A DNA stretch of 64,000 nucleotides from the IMG/VR virus record IMGVR_UViG_3300049846_001393, positions 15,163 to 79,162 of that record. One strand, written 5' to 3'. The notes below the pieces were generated by a model. It saw only the letters and a program-made list of their open reading frames with translations, did no database searches and was not told where the DNA came from. Origin of the DNA: a virus. Positions 9,040 to 18,812 of the stretch are shown here, piece by piece (position 1 is the first letter of the stretch; the number at the start of each line of letters is the position of its first letter). The position numbers and the translations under genes were made by a program.

Positions 9040-12000
9040 CTAGTACCTTCTAGATTCCAAACCTGATGTGCCAACATTCATGGCCTTAGCAAGAGAATCA
9101 ACAACCTGACCCTCACTCATACCATTGTTAACGACAACCTGAACTTGGATATTACGATTATCCTGATAGCCAACAGATGGACCATTTGCACCACCGCTGA
9201 CATTACCAAACTGGCCGGACTGATTTAACCTACGAACCTCATAGAGAGTAGGAAGCATAAGGCTTGTTGGAAGATTAGCCTGAAGATTGCCACTAATGTC
9301 GTCTTTAAGATTCTTGATAGTAACCTCAAGATCTCTGAACTGCTTAGTGCCAGGGATAAGAGTAGACTTCAAACCCTCAAGATAATTAGCATACTCAGTC
9401 TTAGTGATCTGGTCAGTATCCAATAGATACTTGTATTCATCAAGCTTACCCTGGAAGATAGCGTCACGAGCAGCCTTCTCAGCAGAAATAACACCAGCCC
9501 TTAGATTATTAATTTCTGCAGCACCCTTACCGGCATTAATTGCCTGAGCCAACTGCTCTCTAGCAGCAGCCGCGGCAACCTGAGCAGCACCAATATCATC
9601 ACCAATAGCAGCCAACTCTGCCTGACGAAGGCTGAACTGCGAATTACGAACGTCATTCATTGCGTTCGTCATTGCTCTCTGAGCATCAATTAACTGTCTT
9701 TGTGCAGCAATTCTTTCATCGTTAGTCTTTGCTTCAGCCAGCAACTGCTGTGCAAGGGTAAGGTCATACTGAGCGTCCTGAACAGGATCTTCTGTCTGAG
9801 CCTTAGCAAGATCAAACATCGCCTCCCTTCTTCTCTTAAACGCTTCACGCTGAGCACGCTCTGCTGCAATAAGTTCCATCCAAGCCTGCATACGCTCTTC
9901 TGGGCCAACAGCATTTGCCATATTCATTCTGGCAATATTTACATCATACTGAGCCTGATCAAGACTGTCCTGTGATCCAAGAGCCTTTAGAAGCTGAGCA
10001 AACGTTTTAGCTCTGTTATTTATATTATCCCTAAGAGCAGCGCGTGCTGCAATCTGTGCAGCAACAGCATTAGCAGCGCCCTCCTTGTCGTTTGCAGCAA
10101 CAGCAGCAGCATAATCCTTATTAGCTTGATCAAGATCAAGAACAGCCTGAGCGACAGAATCCTTGTTTGCAGCAGCCTGAGCCTTAGCAATACCACGAAC
10201 AGCATCAGCAACAGCCTTAGCAGCATCAATCACAGCCTGCTTAGCTTCACGACGTTTAGCATCTAACTCATCAAGAGTCTGGGCATCCAAACCATCAGCA
10301 ACAGCTTTTTGGTAATCTTTTTCTGCCTGCTGAGCATCCATCATCGCTTTAGCTACAGAATCTTTGTTTGCTTTGGCTTTGTTTAGATTTGTTGCAGCTT
10401 GAGCTCTTTGCTGGTATGCGGAGAACTGTGCTTTCTTATCATTAACCTCATTGCCAGTATCGCCAGGAAGCTTTCCAGTAGTATTAATACTATTAATAAT
10501 GGCATTTGCGCCAGAAATAGCCTGATCATATGCCTGAACTGTTGGATCATTAGCTTTAGCTCCAGTCATCTCCATGAATAGAGCGCGTTGAGTTTCGAGA
10601 TCCTTCTTTCGCTTCTCCATCATTGCTTTAACTTGATCAATTGATAGTGATCCATTACTTAAAGCAGTTGTTATAAATGTTATAAAGTCATCAGCAGTTT
10701 CACCAAAAGCAGTTTCCCAACCCTTAGTAAATGTAGACCAGTTACCAACCAAAGTTCCAAGCTGACCCTTAATAGCAGCAACTCTAGTTTCAATAGGAAT
10801 TTTTATTGGCCTACCAGCAATCTCTGCAGCCTCCTCGGCAGTGGCTGCATTCTGAATCATGGCAATGGCCATCTCTTTTTGAGTCTGAACAAGCTCAAGT
10901 GCAGCTTTGCGAAGATCTTCTCCAGTTAAACCAGAATTAATTGCAGTTTGAATAGCTGCAGCCTTCTGCATAATACCAGCTATTGTTGTTGGATCGCTAG
11001 TAAGATTGATAATATCAAGAGTTGCAGTTAAAGCCTTCTGAGCTTGCTCATTAACAAAACCGTTTATAGTTTTATCAATATTGAATAGCTGTTCATATAA
11101 AAGTTTTTTATTACCAGTAACTTTAGGATCATTAATCTTAGCAAGAATAGATGCTCTTAACTCATTCAAACCAGCAAGATATGATTCTGGAGAAATTCTA
11201 CCAAGATCAAGATCTTTTTGTAGCTGTTCAAGAGACTTCAGAGAAGCAGCGGCAGCGTCATCAAGAAGACCATTAGCCTCAAGTAATGCCTTTACCCTAG
11301 GATCATTCTCCCCAAGTTCAATAATTTTATCAAGAACCTCTTTAGCCTGTTTCTGTTCTGCATCTGTATATTTTCTATCCTTATCCTGTACTATTTCTTC
11401 CAATGCTTTAGTTGGATTAGCTGAACCAAGAGCAGAAGCAATATCTCCATCAAGATTATTTAGATTAAAACCTAGAGCTTCAGAAATTTTTGTGAGTCTC
11501 TCTAAGGCGGCTGCTCTAAGCGCATCACCAGCATCAGCCAAATCTTGGTCAAACTGGAAAGCCCTAGAATCACCAAGTCTACCCTCACCAGCATAAGCAT
11601 TTCTAATATATGCCTCTACGTTAAATTTACCCTTATTAGTGCCAGTTTTAATTCTGGCTTTATCTGCTGCTTGCTTTGATTTTTCTTCAGCCTTCTGCTG
11701 AGCTGGGCCTACTCCGACATTGCCAGCTGGATTGATATCAATTCCCCCAGCAGTAATTCCTTCATCAGCAATTACATTTGGAAGAGCATTAGCACCACTA
11801 AGTCCAGAAATTCTTTCCAAGAAGAAGTTTACAGCAGACTGCTGATTAGCTAAAATATCTAATATTCTCTGCTCATTTTCATCAAATGCAGACTTAGCAA
11901 AAGCAAGAGCCTGAGCATACTCTGCCTCACTTTCATATCTTGCACCAGTAAAGAATCCAGATAAACGTGCACCAATACTTATACCAGCATTAACCTCTCT

Positions 12001-15000
12001 AAGATCTCGAGCCTTAGCTTCAAGATCTGCAATAGAAGTATTCGCATCCTCAGCAAATGCCTTAATCTTATCAAGGTTAGCATTCTGCTTATCAACACCA
12101 GACTGGATAAGAGAATAAGCGACCATAACACCAGTTAAAGCTAGTGTTGTAAAACCGCCAACAGCAGCAGAAGCTTTCTGTGCAGGAGTCTTCAATCCAG
12201 CCTTATTAAGCTTTTCAACATTTTGACTACGCTGATTAAATCCAGCACCTAAAGCAGATAGCCTCCCCTGACCAGCAGCACGGGCATCAATATATGCCTG
12301 TCTTCCTGTTCTACCAAAATTACCACCAAGCATACCTGGTGCTGTCATAGTGCCAGTTCTAGGGTTAATGCCATACTGTCCAGCACCAGAAGTTCCACTC
12401 ATAAAATTGAATAAAGCAGCCATTTGGGCACGCTGGCTAGCATTAACTGTGCCCATAACAGCTTGACGCTGCAAAGCATTTGCTCGCATATTTGCAAACA
12501 AACCATTATTGCCTCTTAACCCACCAAGAGCGCCAGCAATACCACCACCAGGACCAAATCTAGTTGCTGCCTTAAGAAGTTTGAATGCTGCAACTGCAGC
12601 AAGAATCTTTACAGGTAAACCATCAAAAGCACCAAGAACTGGCGAGACAGCCTTAAAAATTAATCCAAATCCCTTAGCTATAATACCAAGAAGACCAGCA
12701 ACTTCCTTAAGAAGATCTTCCAAGCCAGACTCAAGAAGTGTCAAGAACAGTTTTCTTACCTGCTCTCTCAAACGCTGGAAGGTATTGGTAAGAGTAGCCT
12801 GAACTTTCTTAAATCGCTCTTCAAGTTTACCAGCACCATTTTCGGCAGCATCAGTAAGACCCTTCAAAGCCTGAGGGTTGGAAAGGGCAGGAAGAATTGC
12901 AGCAGCCTCACGACGACCACCAAGAAGATTAACAATGAAATCTTTAGATTCCTTGTTTAGACTATTAAACGCCTCTCCAATTCCAAAAAGAATTCCTCTA
13001 GTATCAGATTTATTAATAGCGGTAATAAATTCTGGAGTTCCAAGTTTATCATTAGTTATCGCAATATCCAAAAGAGCTTGACGACTCTGATAAATAGCAG
13101 GAATAATACGACCAAACTGCTCAGCAAGAGCAGCGCCACCACGACCAGAACGCTGCTGAGCAAGAGCGGCAAGGGCTGCGAACTCTTCAAGAGAGAAACC
13201 TGCTTCTGTAGCAACAGGAGCAATATCGCCAATGAAAGAAATTGTCTCCTTAGCAAGTACACCAGACTTTTGCTCAAGAGCAATAGCAACGTCACCAATT
13301 TTTTTGAACGAAGCTTCGAAAGCAATAGATGCAGCAGTAAGACCATCGGTAATTTCTGCAAGAGGAAGACCTGTAGACTGAGCAATCTTTGCAGCAGATT
13401 CAATCTGGGCATTTACCAGATCAGTACCACCCATACCCTCAATAGGTCCAACGGTACTAAATGCTCCAATCAACTGAACTGTAAGAAGAGCAAGTTCATC
13501 TGCAGCAAGACCAGTCTCAAGCGAGATATCCATAATCTGCTTCTTGAACTGCTGGGTAACTACTGCGGCATCCTCACCAAAGGTTGCTTGGATCTGGCTT
13601 TCAATTTTTGCCAAGTTGAACTGAAGCTGCTCAGCTTCTTTGATTGAATCTTTGATTCCACCAAGAGCACCGTAAAGAAGCATTGAAGGAACGGCATAAC
13701 GAACAGTTGAAAGCAAACCAGAGCCAAAGAAGCCGGCAGCGCCACCAAGACCACGAACCCTAGAAACAACATCTCCACGCTGACCGCCGCCGCGGCGACC
13801 CATTCCACCTGGGACTACCCCACCGCCACCGCCACCGCCACCAGTACCGCCAGTGCCACCAGTGCCGCCAGAAAGAAGAGTAAGCTTTCTACTCTCAAGA
13901 ACCTGCAATTCAGTCTGCAAACGGCTAAGCTCTACCTGTGCCTGTGGATCAACAGAAGTATCAATCTTAATAACTTCTGCATTAATAGCCTTAACACGCG
14001 ATTCAAGATCGGCAATTTGCTTAGCTCTAAGTGCAGGATCTTTTTCCTTACCAATCTTACCAAGAAGAGTCTGCTCAGCAACAATCTGAGATCTATAATT
14101 CTTTAGCTTTGAAGAAGCTTTAACAGCATTTGGATTACTAAGTTCAAAGTTTAACTGCTTTTGAGCTCTAGTAACTTTTTGTATAGCAAGATTGAGGGCA
14201 TCATATTCAACTTTTTGCTGCTTGGTTAAATTATTGTAACCACCAGCACCCTTAATAAGATTGTCTCTCTCTTTCTTAAGAGATCTCAGACTTTTTTCTG
14301 ACTGACCCAGCGCCTGCCCACTTATAGTTGGATCGCTAATAGAAAGAGAAGCAGCATCTTTAACATTAGAACCAATAAGTTTAGCTCTCTTAGTCAAATC
14401 TTTAATATCTTTAGAAGTATTATCTTTTGGAGTATCTAAAGCAGTAGAAAGATTCTGTGGAGCATTTTTACCAATCTTTTGTAGATCAGCAATCTTCTTT
14501 TCAAGAACAGCAGCTTCTTTACTAAGATTCTGAAGGACGGCAGTAGCAGAAGCATCATTAATCGTAATGGTTACATCATCTTTAATATCAGTTTGTAACT
14601 CATCAAGCTGCTTTTTAATATTCTTAAGAGCATTTAAAGCATCCTTAGGATCAAGCTTTACAGCAGCCTGAACACCCTTCTGAACCTGAGCCAACTGTCG
14701 CTTACGTTCGGCAGCAATAGCAGCCTCATCACCTGGAACCAAAACACCAGCAACAGCACCCCTAGCGGCAGTAAGACGTTCTTTCCTAGTAGAAACACGC
14801 GAAGGGTCAACGCCCTTTAATGCTGCCGCCTCAAGAGCAGCACGCCTTCTAGCAGCACGAGTCTGAGCAGCAACAACATCTGCCTCAGCAAGACGAGGGC
14901 CATAAAGAGCCTGAGCAGCAGCACCGGTAGCAGCCTGTCCTTCTGTCTTAAGAACTTGGCCCTCTGCGGCGCCAGCGACAAATGAAGGATTAGCATTCTG

Positions 15001-17529
15001 CAGCGCAGCAACCTGATTAGCAAGTCTCTGATTATATAAAGCAGCCTGAGCTCTTGCTTCAGCAATCTCTTGAACTAGTCCAAGATTTTCTCTTTCAAAA
15101 CCAGCAGCAGCTTGAATAAGAGCATCAACATACTGTCTATATGCCTCTGCAATACCAGAACTTTCAACAAGATCACTGGGATCTCCAGACTGAACGTTCC
15201 CTCCAATATCTTGCATATCAGCAGCTCTTTGAGCAGCAGCTTGAGCTGCAGCCTCATATGCGCTTACATTTTCTTCATCACCAAATGGATCATTGCCAGC
15301 AGCACCGCCACGGCCACCGCCACCGCCCCCGCCAGTACCACCAATTCCGCCAGAAAGTTTTTTGGCTGTACTACCCTTGCTAGTTAATGAAGAAACAAGT
15401 CCACGTTCTGCTTTAGCAAACTCTGCATAAATACCTTTAAGTAGCTGAGTCTGCCTATCAAGAGCCTTAGACTTATCATTTAAAGCTTTAACAAGATTTT
15501 TTTCTGCACTAGAAATATTTGTTGCAGTAGAACCAGTGGCTTTAGCACCAGTAGCTTTAGCGCCGGTAGTTTTAGCTCCGGTAGGGCCAGTAGTTTTTGG
15601 ACCAGTAGCGGCAGGACCAGTAGCTTTAGGTCCAGTAGCAGCAGCACCAGTAGTTTTAGCTCCGGTAGCAGCAGGACCAGTGGGACCAGTAGCTTTAGGT
15701 CCAGTAGCAGCAGGTGTCTGACCTTCAGCACCAGTAATTTGTGCAACAGTTTCACGAAGAGCAGCCGCAAGGCTATCAAGCTCTTCGTTTAACTCATCAA
15801 CACTTAAACCGCTTAACTCTTTTAATATTTCAGAAGTTACATCGCCAGCCATAGTAGCTGGAGATCCCTTGCCAAGCGGTATACCTGTTCTTAGCGCTAC
15901 TGATTCAGCAATTGTCTCATAAAGATCTTTAGTACCATACTGACTAGTTCCAGCAGCTAACTTTGATCTTTGTTTTGCAGCATCTTTATAAATAGGATTA
16001 TCTCTTCCAAGATATTCCTGCAAAGTTTGAGCCTTAAGTCTACCCTTAGGTGTTAAACTGAACGGTCCTGTCTTTAAACCAGTAACCTTCATTGCTTCTG
16101 CATTTTGTCTCTGAATAAATTCTTTCAGAGACTTCATATCACTAAGACCTGGATTTAGTTTCTTTACATCAGCAAGAGAAAGTGTTCCAGATTTTGTTCC
16201 GCTAGCAGCAACTCTTAAAGCTTCAGCATTTCTTGAAAGACCAATTACAGACTTAGCCTCTCTCCCACCAGTAATCCCATCTCCAAATATACCTGCACCA
16301 CGCTCTACAAGCTTTCCTCTAACACGCGATCCAATACTTGGATCAACAGATCCCGCCCTAAAATCACCGATATGACCAAGCTCATGGAGCATTACCTGCA
16401 TAGCGTCAGTTGGATTAAGGTCTTTTCTTAGGGCAACACCCATATTTTTTGGACCAGCATAACCCGAAGCCTTACCAGGCTGGACATTATAGTCCAAAAC
16501 TTTTCTTGAAGTCTTAGAAAATGTTTGGAGTTGTTCAGGCGCCAACGTTGGGAACTGCATCAAGGTCTTTTTCAAACCTCTATTAACTACTTTTGCAGTT
16601 CTAGGATCTTCAAATTCAGAAAGGAATTTAGGAGTTAAAAGCTTTTGAAACGTAGGCTCTAACTTTCTTCTAACCTTGCCTCTTTCAATTTGAGCCTGAA
16701 GTCGCTCATCTAAAGAAAGACCCTTAGCACGGGCAGTAGATCTAGTAACAGGTCTACCATATCTATCAAGTCTAGCGTTTTGCTTAGTTACACCACGATA
16801 TGGCTCGGTATACTGTTTACCACCACCAATTTCAGCCTCTGCACTAACTAAATCTTCTGGGACAAAATCTTCAGTAGATCTCTTTGCCCTTGTTTTTCTT
16901 CTTGTAGTAGAAGGTGCAATATCTCTTGCAGCAGAAGCTCTACGCTCAGCAGCAGAAGGGGCGCGTGGAGTAGGTGCAGCCGTAGCCTCAGCCTGACGAA
17001 CAAGAGTCTTGGCTGGAACAGTTTTAGCCTGCGCGGCCTTAGAACCAACTACAGCCTGAACTTCGCGATTATAAAGATCGCGAACAGCAGTACCAATTCT
17101 AGTCGGTTTAATCTTGCTTAACTGCCTATCAAAGTCAGCAAAAAAAGTATCAAAAGATTTAGTAAATTTTCTAACTACAGCAGTCTGCTGAGACTTAGGA
17201 AGAAGCTCAAATCCCTTAAAAGAAGACTTGAAAGAATCAACAGAAGCAGCTCTAATCTTGCTCAAAGAGGGAGTGTCAAGACCAAGTGCTTTAGCCTGCT
17301 GCATCTGCACCTGAGCATTAGCGGCAGCGATCCTGGCAGAACCAGTAGCAGCAGCGCTACGGTCAGCAGTATTAACTCTACTTAAATTTTGCTGAACAGG
17401 TGGAGCAGAGGCAACCTGCTTAGAAGAACCAGAGGCGACACGCTTTGACTCAGCATCAAGCCTTCTGATGCTTTTCATAACCTCGCTATCATCCACACCA
17501 AGCTTGATATTAAAGTTAAAATCAGCCAT
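9040..17529 (-). CDS. tape measure protein with N-terminal HExxH metallopeptidase-like domain
   Basis: 2829 aa, Ala/Gly/Lys-rich helical; follows the frameshifting chaperone; HELGH motif at 16372-16386. Confidence 0.9.
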   Translation of the reverse strand: MADFNFNIKLGVDDSEVMKSIRRLDAESKRVASGSSKQVASAPPVQQNLSRVNTADRSAAATGSARIAAANAQVQMQQAKALGLDTPSLSKIRAASVDSFKSSFKGFELLPKSQQTAVVRKFTKSFDTFFADFDRQLSKIKPTRIGTAVRDLYNREVQAVVGSKAAQAKTVPAKTLVRQAEATAAPTPRAPSAAERRASAARDIAPSTTRRKTRAKRSTEDFVPEDLVSAEAEIGGGKQYTEPYRGVTKQNARLDRYGRPVTRSTARAKGLSLDERLQAQIERGKVRRKLEPTFQKLLTPKFLSEFEDPRTAKVVNRGLKKTLMQFPTLAPEQLQTFSKTSRKVLDYNVQPGKASGYAGPKNMGVALRKDLNPTDAMQVMLHELGHIGDFRAGSVDPSIGSRVRGKLVERGAGIFGDGITGGREAKSVIGLSRNAEALRVAASGTKSGTLSLADVKKLNPGLSDMKSLKEFIQRQNAEAMKVTGLKTGPFSLTPKGRLKAQTLQEYLGRDNPIYKDAAKQRSKLAAGTSQYGTKDLYETIAESVALRTGIPLGKGSPATMAGDVTSEILKELSGLSVDELNEELDSLAAALRETVAQITGAEGQTPAATGPKATGPTGPAATGAKTTGAAATGPKATGPAATGPKTTGPTGAKTTGAKATGAKATGSTATNISSAEKNLVKALNDKSKALDRQTQLLKGIYAEFAKAERGLVSSLTSKGSTAKKLSGGIGGTGGGGGGGRGGAAGNDPFGDEENVSAYEAAAQAAAQRAADMQDIGGNVQSGDPSDLVESSGIAEAYRQYVDALIQAAAGFERENLGLVQEIAEARAQAALYNQRLANQVAALQNANPSFVAGAAEGQVLKTEGQAATGAAAQALYGPRLAEADVVAAQTRAARRRAALEAAALKGVDPSRVSTRKERLTAARGAVAGVLVPGDEAAIAAERKRQLAQVQKGVQAAVKLDPKDALNALKNIKKQLDELQTDIKDDVTITINDASATAVLQNLSKEAAVLEKKIADLQKIGKNAPQNLSTALDTPKDNTSKDIKDLTKRAKLIGSNVKDAASLSISDPTISGQALGQSEKSLRSLKKERDNLIKGAGGYNNLTKQQKVEYDALNLAIQKVTRAQKQLNFELSNPNAVKASSKLKNYRSQIVAEQTLLGKIGKEKDPALRAKQIADLESRVKAINAEVIKIDTSVDPQAQVELSRLQTELQVLESRKLTLLSGGTGGTGGTGGGGGGGGVVPGGMGRRGGGQRGDVVSRVRGLGGAAGFFGSGLLSTVRYAVPSMLLYGALGGIKDSIKEAEQLQFNLAKIESQIQATFGEDAAVVTQQFKKQIMDISLETGLAADELALLTVQLIGAFSTVGPIEGMGGTDLVNAQIESAAKIAQSTGLPLAEITDGLTAASIAFEASFKKIGDVAIALEQKSGVLAKETISFIGDIAPVATEAGFSLEEFAALAALAQQRSGRGGAALAEQFGRIIPAIYQSRQALLDIAITNDKLGTPEFITAINKSDTRGILFGIGEAFNSLNKESKDFIVNLLGGRREAAAILPALSNPQALKGLTDAAENGAGKLEERFKKVQATLTNTFQRLREQVRKLFLTLLESGLEDLLKEVAGLLGIIAKGFGLIFKAVSPVLGAFDGLPVKILAAVAAFKLLKAATRFGPGGGIAGALGGLRGNNGLFANMRANALQRQAVMGTVNASQRAQMAALFNFMSGTSGAGQYGINPRTGTMTAPGMLGGNFGRTGRQAYIDARAAGQGRLSALGAGFNQRSQNVEKLNKAGLKTPAQKASAAVGGFTTLALTGVMVAYSLIQSGVDKQNANLDKIKAFAEDANTSIADLEAKARDLREVNAGISIGARLSGFFTGARYESEAEYAQALAFAKSAFDENEQRILDILANQQSAVNFFLERISGLSGANALPNVIADEGITAGGIDINPAGNVGVGPAQQKAEEKSKQAADKARIKTGTNKGKFNVEAYIRNAYAGEGRLGDSRAFQFDQDLADAGDALRAAALERLTKISEALGFNLNNLDGDIASALGSANPTKALEEIVQDKDRKYTDAEQKQAKEVLDKIIELGENDPRVKALLEANGLLDDAAAASLKSLEQLQKDLDLGRISPESYLAGLNELRASILAKINDPKVTGNKKLLYEQLFNIDKTINGFVNEQAQKALTATLDIINLTSDPTTIAGIMQKAAAIQTAINSGLTGEDLRKAALELVQTQKEMAIAMIQNAATAEEAAEIAGRPIKIPIETRVAAIKGQLGTLVGNWSTFTKGWETAFGETADDFITFITTALSNGSLSIDQVKAMMEKRKKDLETQRALFMEMTGAKANDPTVQAYDQAISGANAIINSINTTGKLPGDTGNEVNDKKAQFSAYQQRAQAATNLNKAKANKDSVAKAMMDAQQAEKDYQKAVADGLDAQTLDELDAKRREAKQAVIDAAKAVADAVRGIAKAQAAANKDSVAQAVLDLDQANKDYAAAVAANDKEGAANAVAAQIAARAALRDNINNRAKTFAQLLKALGSQDSLDQAQYDVNIARMNMANAVGPEERMQAWMELIAAERAQREAFKRRREAMFDLAKAQTEDPVQDAQYDLTLAQQLLAEAKTNDERIAAQRQLIDAQRAMTNAMNDVRNSQFSLRQAELAAIGDDIGAAQVAAAAAREQLAQAINAGKGAAEINNLRAGVISAEKAARDAIFQGKLDEYKYLLDTDQITKTEYANYLEGLKSTLIPGTKQFRDLEVTIKNLKDDISGNLQANLPTSLMLPTLYEVRRLNQSGQFGNVSGGANGPSVGYQDNRNIQVQVVVNNGMSEGQVVDSLAKAMNVGTSGLESRRY
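15530..15720 (-). repeat. imperfect 15-bp tandem repeat encoding (A/T)TG(P/A)(K/A) units inside the tape measure
   Basis: repeated ACCAGTAGC/CCGGTAG units; peptide ATGPKATGPTGPAATGAKTTG... Confidence 0.85.
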
Positions 17530-17576
17530 CCTGCCACCTAAAAGCCCTAGTAATCTACTATATCAATAACGACTAA

Positions 17577-17927
17577 CTACTCCTTAAATCTAGCCGCATA
17601 AATATTCTCATCCCAAATAGGCTCAGAACTATCATCTGAGATAGACTGGTCATCGCCTCCATATTTCTTTCTACGTTCAGCATCAACCTTGAGGAAATGC
17701 TCTTCCAATTCCCAATCAAGATTCCACATCCAACGTGGAGGCATTTCATCGCTAGGAAGATTTTCCTGCCAAGCAAGAATTCTGATCGCATGATCAAGAG
17801 CAGCATGAAAATCGTGAGGAACTTCCTGAACAGACTTTACACCTTCAGGGTATAAAGAAACGTCAGAAATAGATTTAGAAGAAGAAACTATCCTTAAAAA
17901 ATAAGGGTCAGCTGCTAGTCTTTTCCC
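17577..17927 (-). CDS. tail assembly chaperone, -1 frameshift extension (gpGT-like)
   Basis: Start-less 117-codon open frame entered by -1 slip at G GGA AAA; KRLAADPYF...EMPPRWMWNLDWELEEHF...ARFKE*. Confidence 0.85.
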   Translation of the reverse strand, partial: GKRLAADPYFLRIVSSSKSISDVSLYPEGVKSVQEVPHDFHAALDHAIRILAWQENLPSDEMPPRWMWNLDWELEEHFLKVDAERRKKYGGDDQSISDDSSEPIWDENIYAARFKE

Positions 17928-18697
17928 TCAACGCCCTCAACAGTCATCTCGCGATAAACAGAAATAATCTCAGCCAAAATACGAGTATCAAGACACTTGA
18001 CCTCATCAATTGACTCAAAATAGCGCTCATCATGATTCTCTGGAAGACGAGTGGCATAAAAAGCCTGATAGAAAGAAAACTCGTTCATCCAAGCGAAATC
18101 AGCTTCCATTTCAATAATCTTATTAATAACCTTAGTCTTAAGTTCATCTGTTTCAATAAGATCAAATTCTGAATAAACATCTTGCTTATCAACATCAAGA
18201 GCCTTATCTACCTCATCAGTATAACGCTTAAGCTCCTCATAAATACGATTAGCCTCAGCATCATCATCAGTGGTAATCCAAGTATCTCTTACACCATCAT
18301 TCCAAGCCTGCTGAAGAGAGTTTAGATAATCGTCCTTAGCCCACTCATCATCTGCGGCAATGCGCTGCTCAGCAGAAAGACGAAGTTCGTCAATACGGCT
18401 AGAAGCAAGGAAATCAATAAACTCTTCACGAGTATCAAGACCCATATCACCCAACTGATCCTCGTAAAGAACTTTCTCCTCTTCTGGAGCATGCTTCATT
18501 GAAAGCACTGCGGCTCTGGCCTTAGTACCAAAATCTGCTGCATCACGCTGCTCAATTGGGGAAATCTTCTGAAGATATACCTCAATCGGATCGCCATCAC
18601 TATCATCATTAAGCTCAAGAGCCTTGCCGACCATATAGAGATCGCCAAGCCTACGACGCTTAGGGGCAACGACATTATCAGTCTTCTTATCGGACAT
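17915..18697 (-). CDS. tail assembly chaperone (gpG-like)
   Basis: Acidic protein between major tail protein and tape measure; start at MSDKK with AAGGAG RBS. Confidence 0.85.
   Translation of the reverse strand: MSDKKTDNVVAPKRRRLGDLYMVGKALELNDDSDGDPIEVYLQKISPIEQRDAADFGTKARAAVLSMKHAPEEEKVLYEDQLGDMGLDTREEFIDFLASSRIDELRLSAEQRIAADDEWAKDDYLNSLQQAWNDGVRDTWITTDDDAEANRIYEELKRYTDEVDKALDVDKQDVYSEFDLIETDELKTKVINKIIEMEADFAWMNEFSFYQAFYATRLPENHDERYFESIDEVKCLDTRILAEIISVYREMTVEGVEGKD
17921..17927 (-). other. programmed -1 ribosomal frameshift slippery site GGGAAAA
   Basis: X XXY YYZ heptamer in the correct phase, one codon before the chaperone stop. Confidence 0.85.
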
Positions 18698-18755
18698 GAT
18701 ACTCCTTAAATCCAAGAATTTGCACCAGTATAGATGCACCTAAAAACCTGTTAAC

Positions 18756-18782
18756 ATAACGGAAAAGAGGGCGGTATTTAAA
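18756..18782 (-). promoter_or_regulatory. putative phage-sigma promoter TTTA-N15-TCCGTTAT
   Basis: Recurring motif with sigma28-like geometry, upstream of the tail chaperone gene. Confidence 0.6.
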
Positions 18783-18790
18783 CCGCCCCC
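18763..18790 (-). terminator. intrinsic terminator after major tail protein
   Basis: GGGCGGT-TTAAAT-ACCGCCC hairpin followed by TCTTTT on the minus strand. Confidence 0.7.
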
Positions 18791-18812
18791 CAATCCAAGA
18801 AAGTGTTTACTA

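Noticed and set aside
15530-15720. CRISPR array or DGR repeats
   Set aside because: Repeats are in-frame coding units without unique spacers; no cas or reverse transcriptase gene in the window
9690-17048. Many alternative-frame and antisense ORFs within the tape measure (similarly within collagen, terL, nrdJ and phoH)
   Set aside because: Shadows of codon bias; low-complexity translations with no RBS
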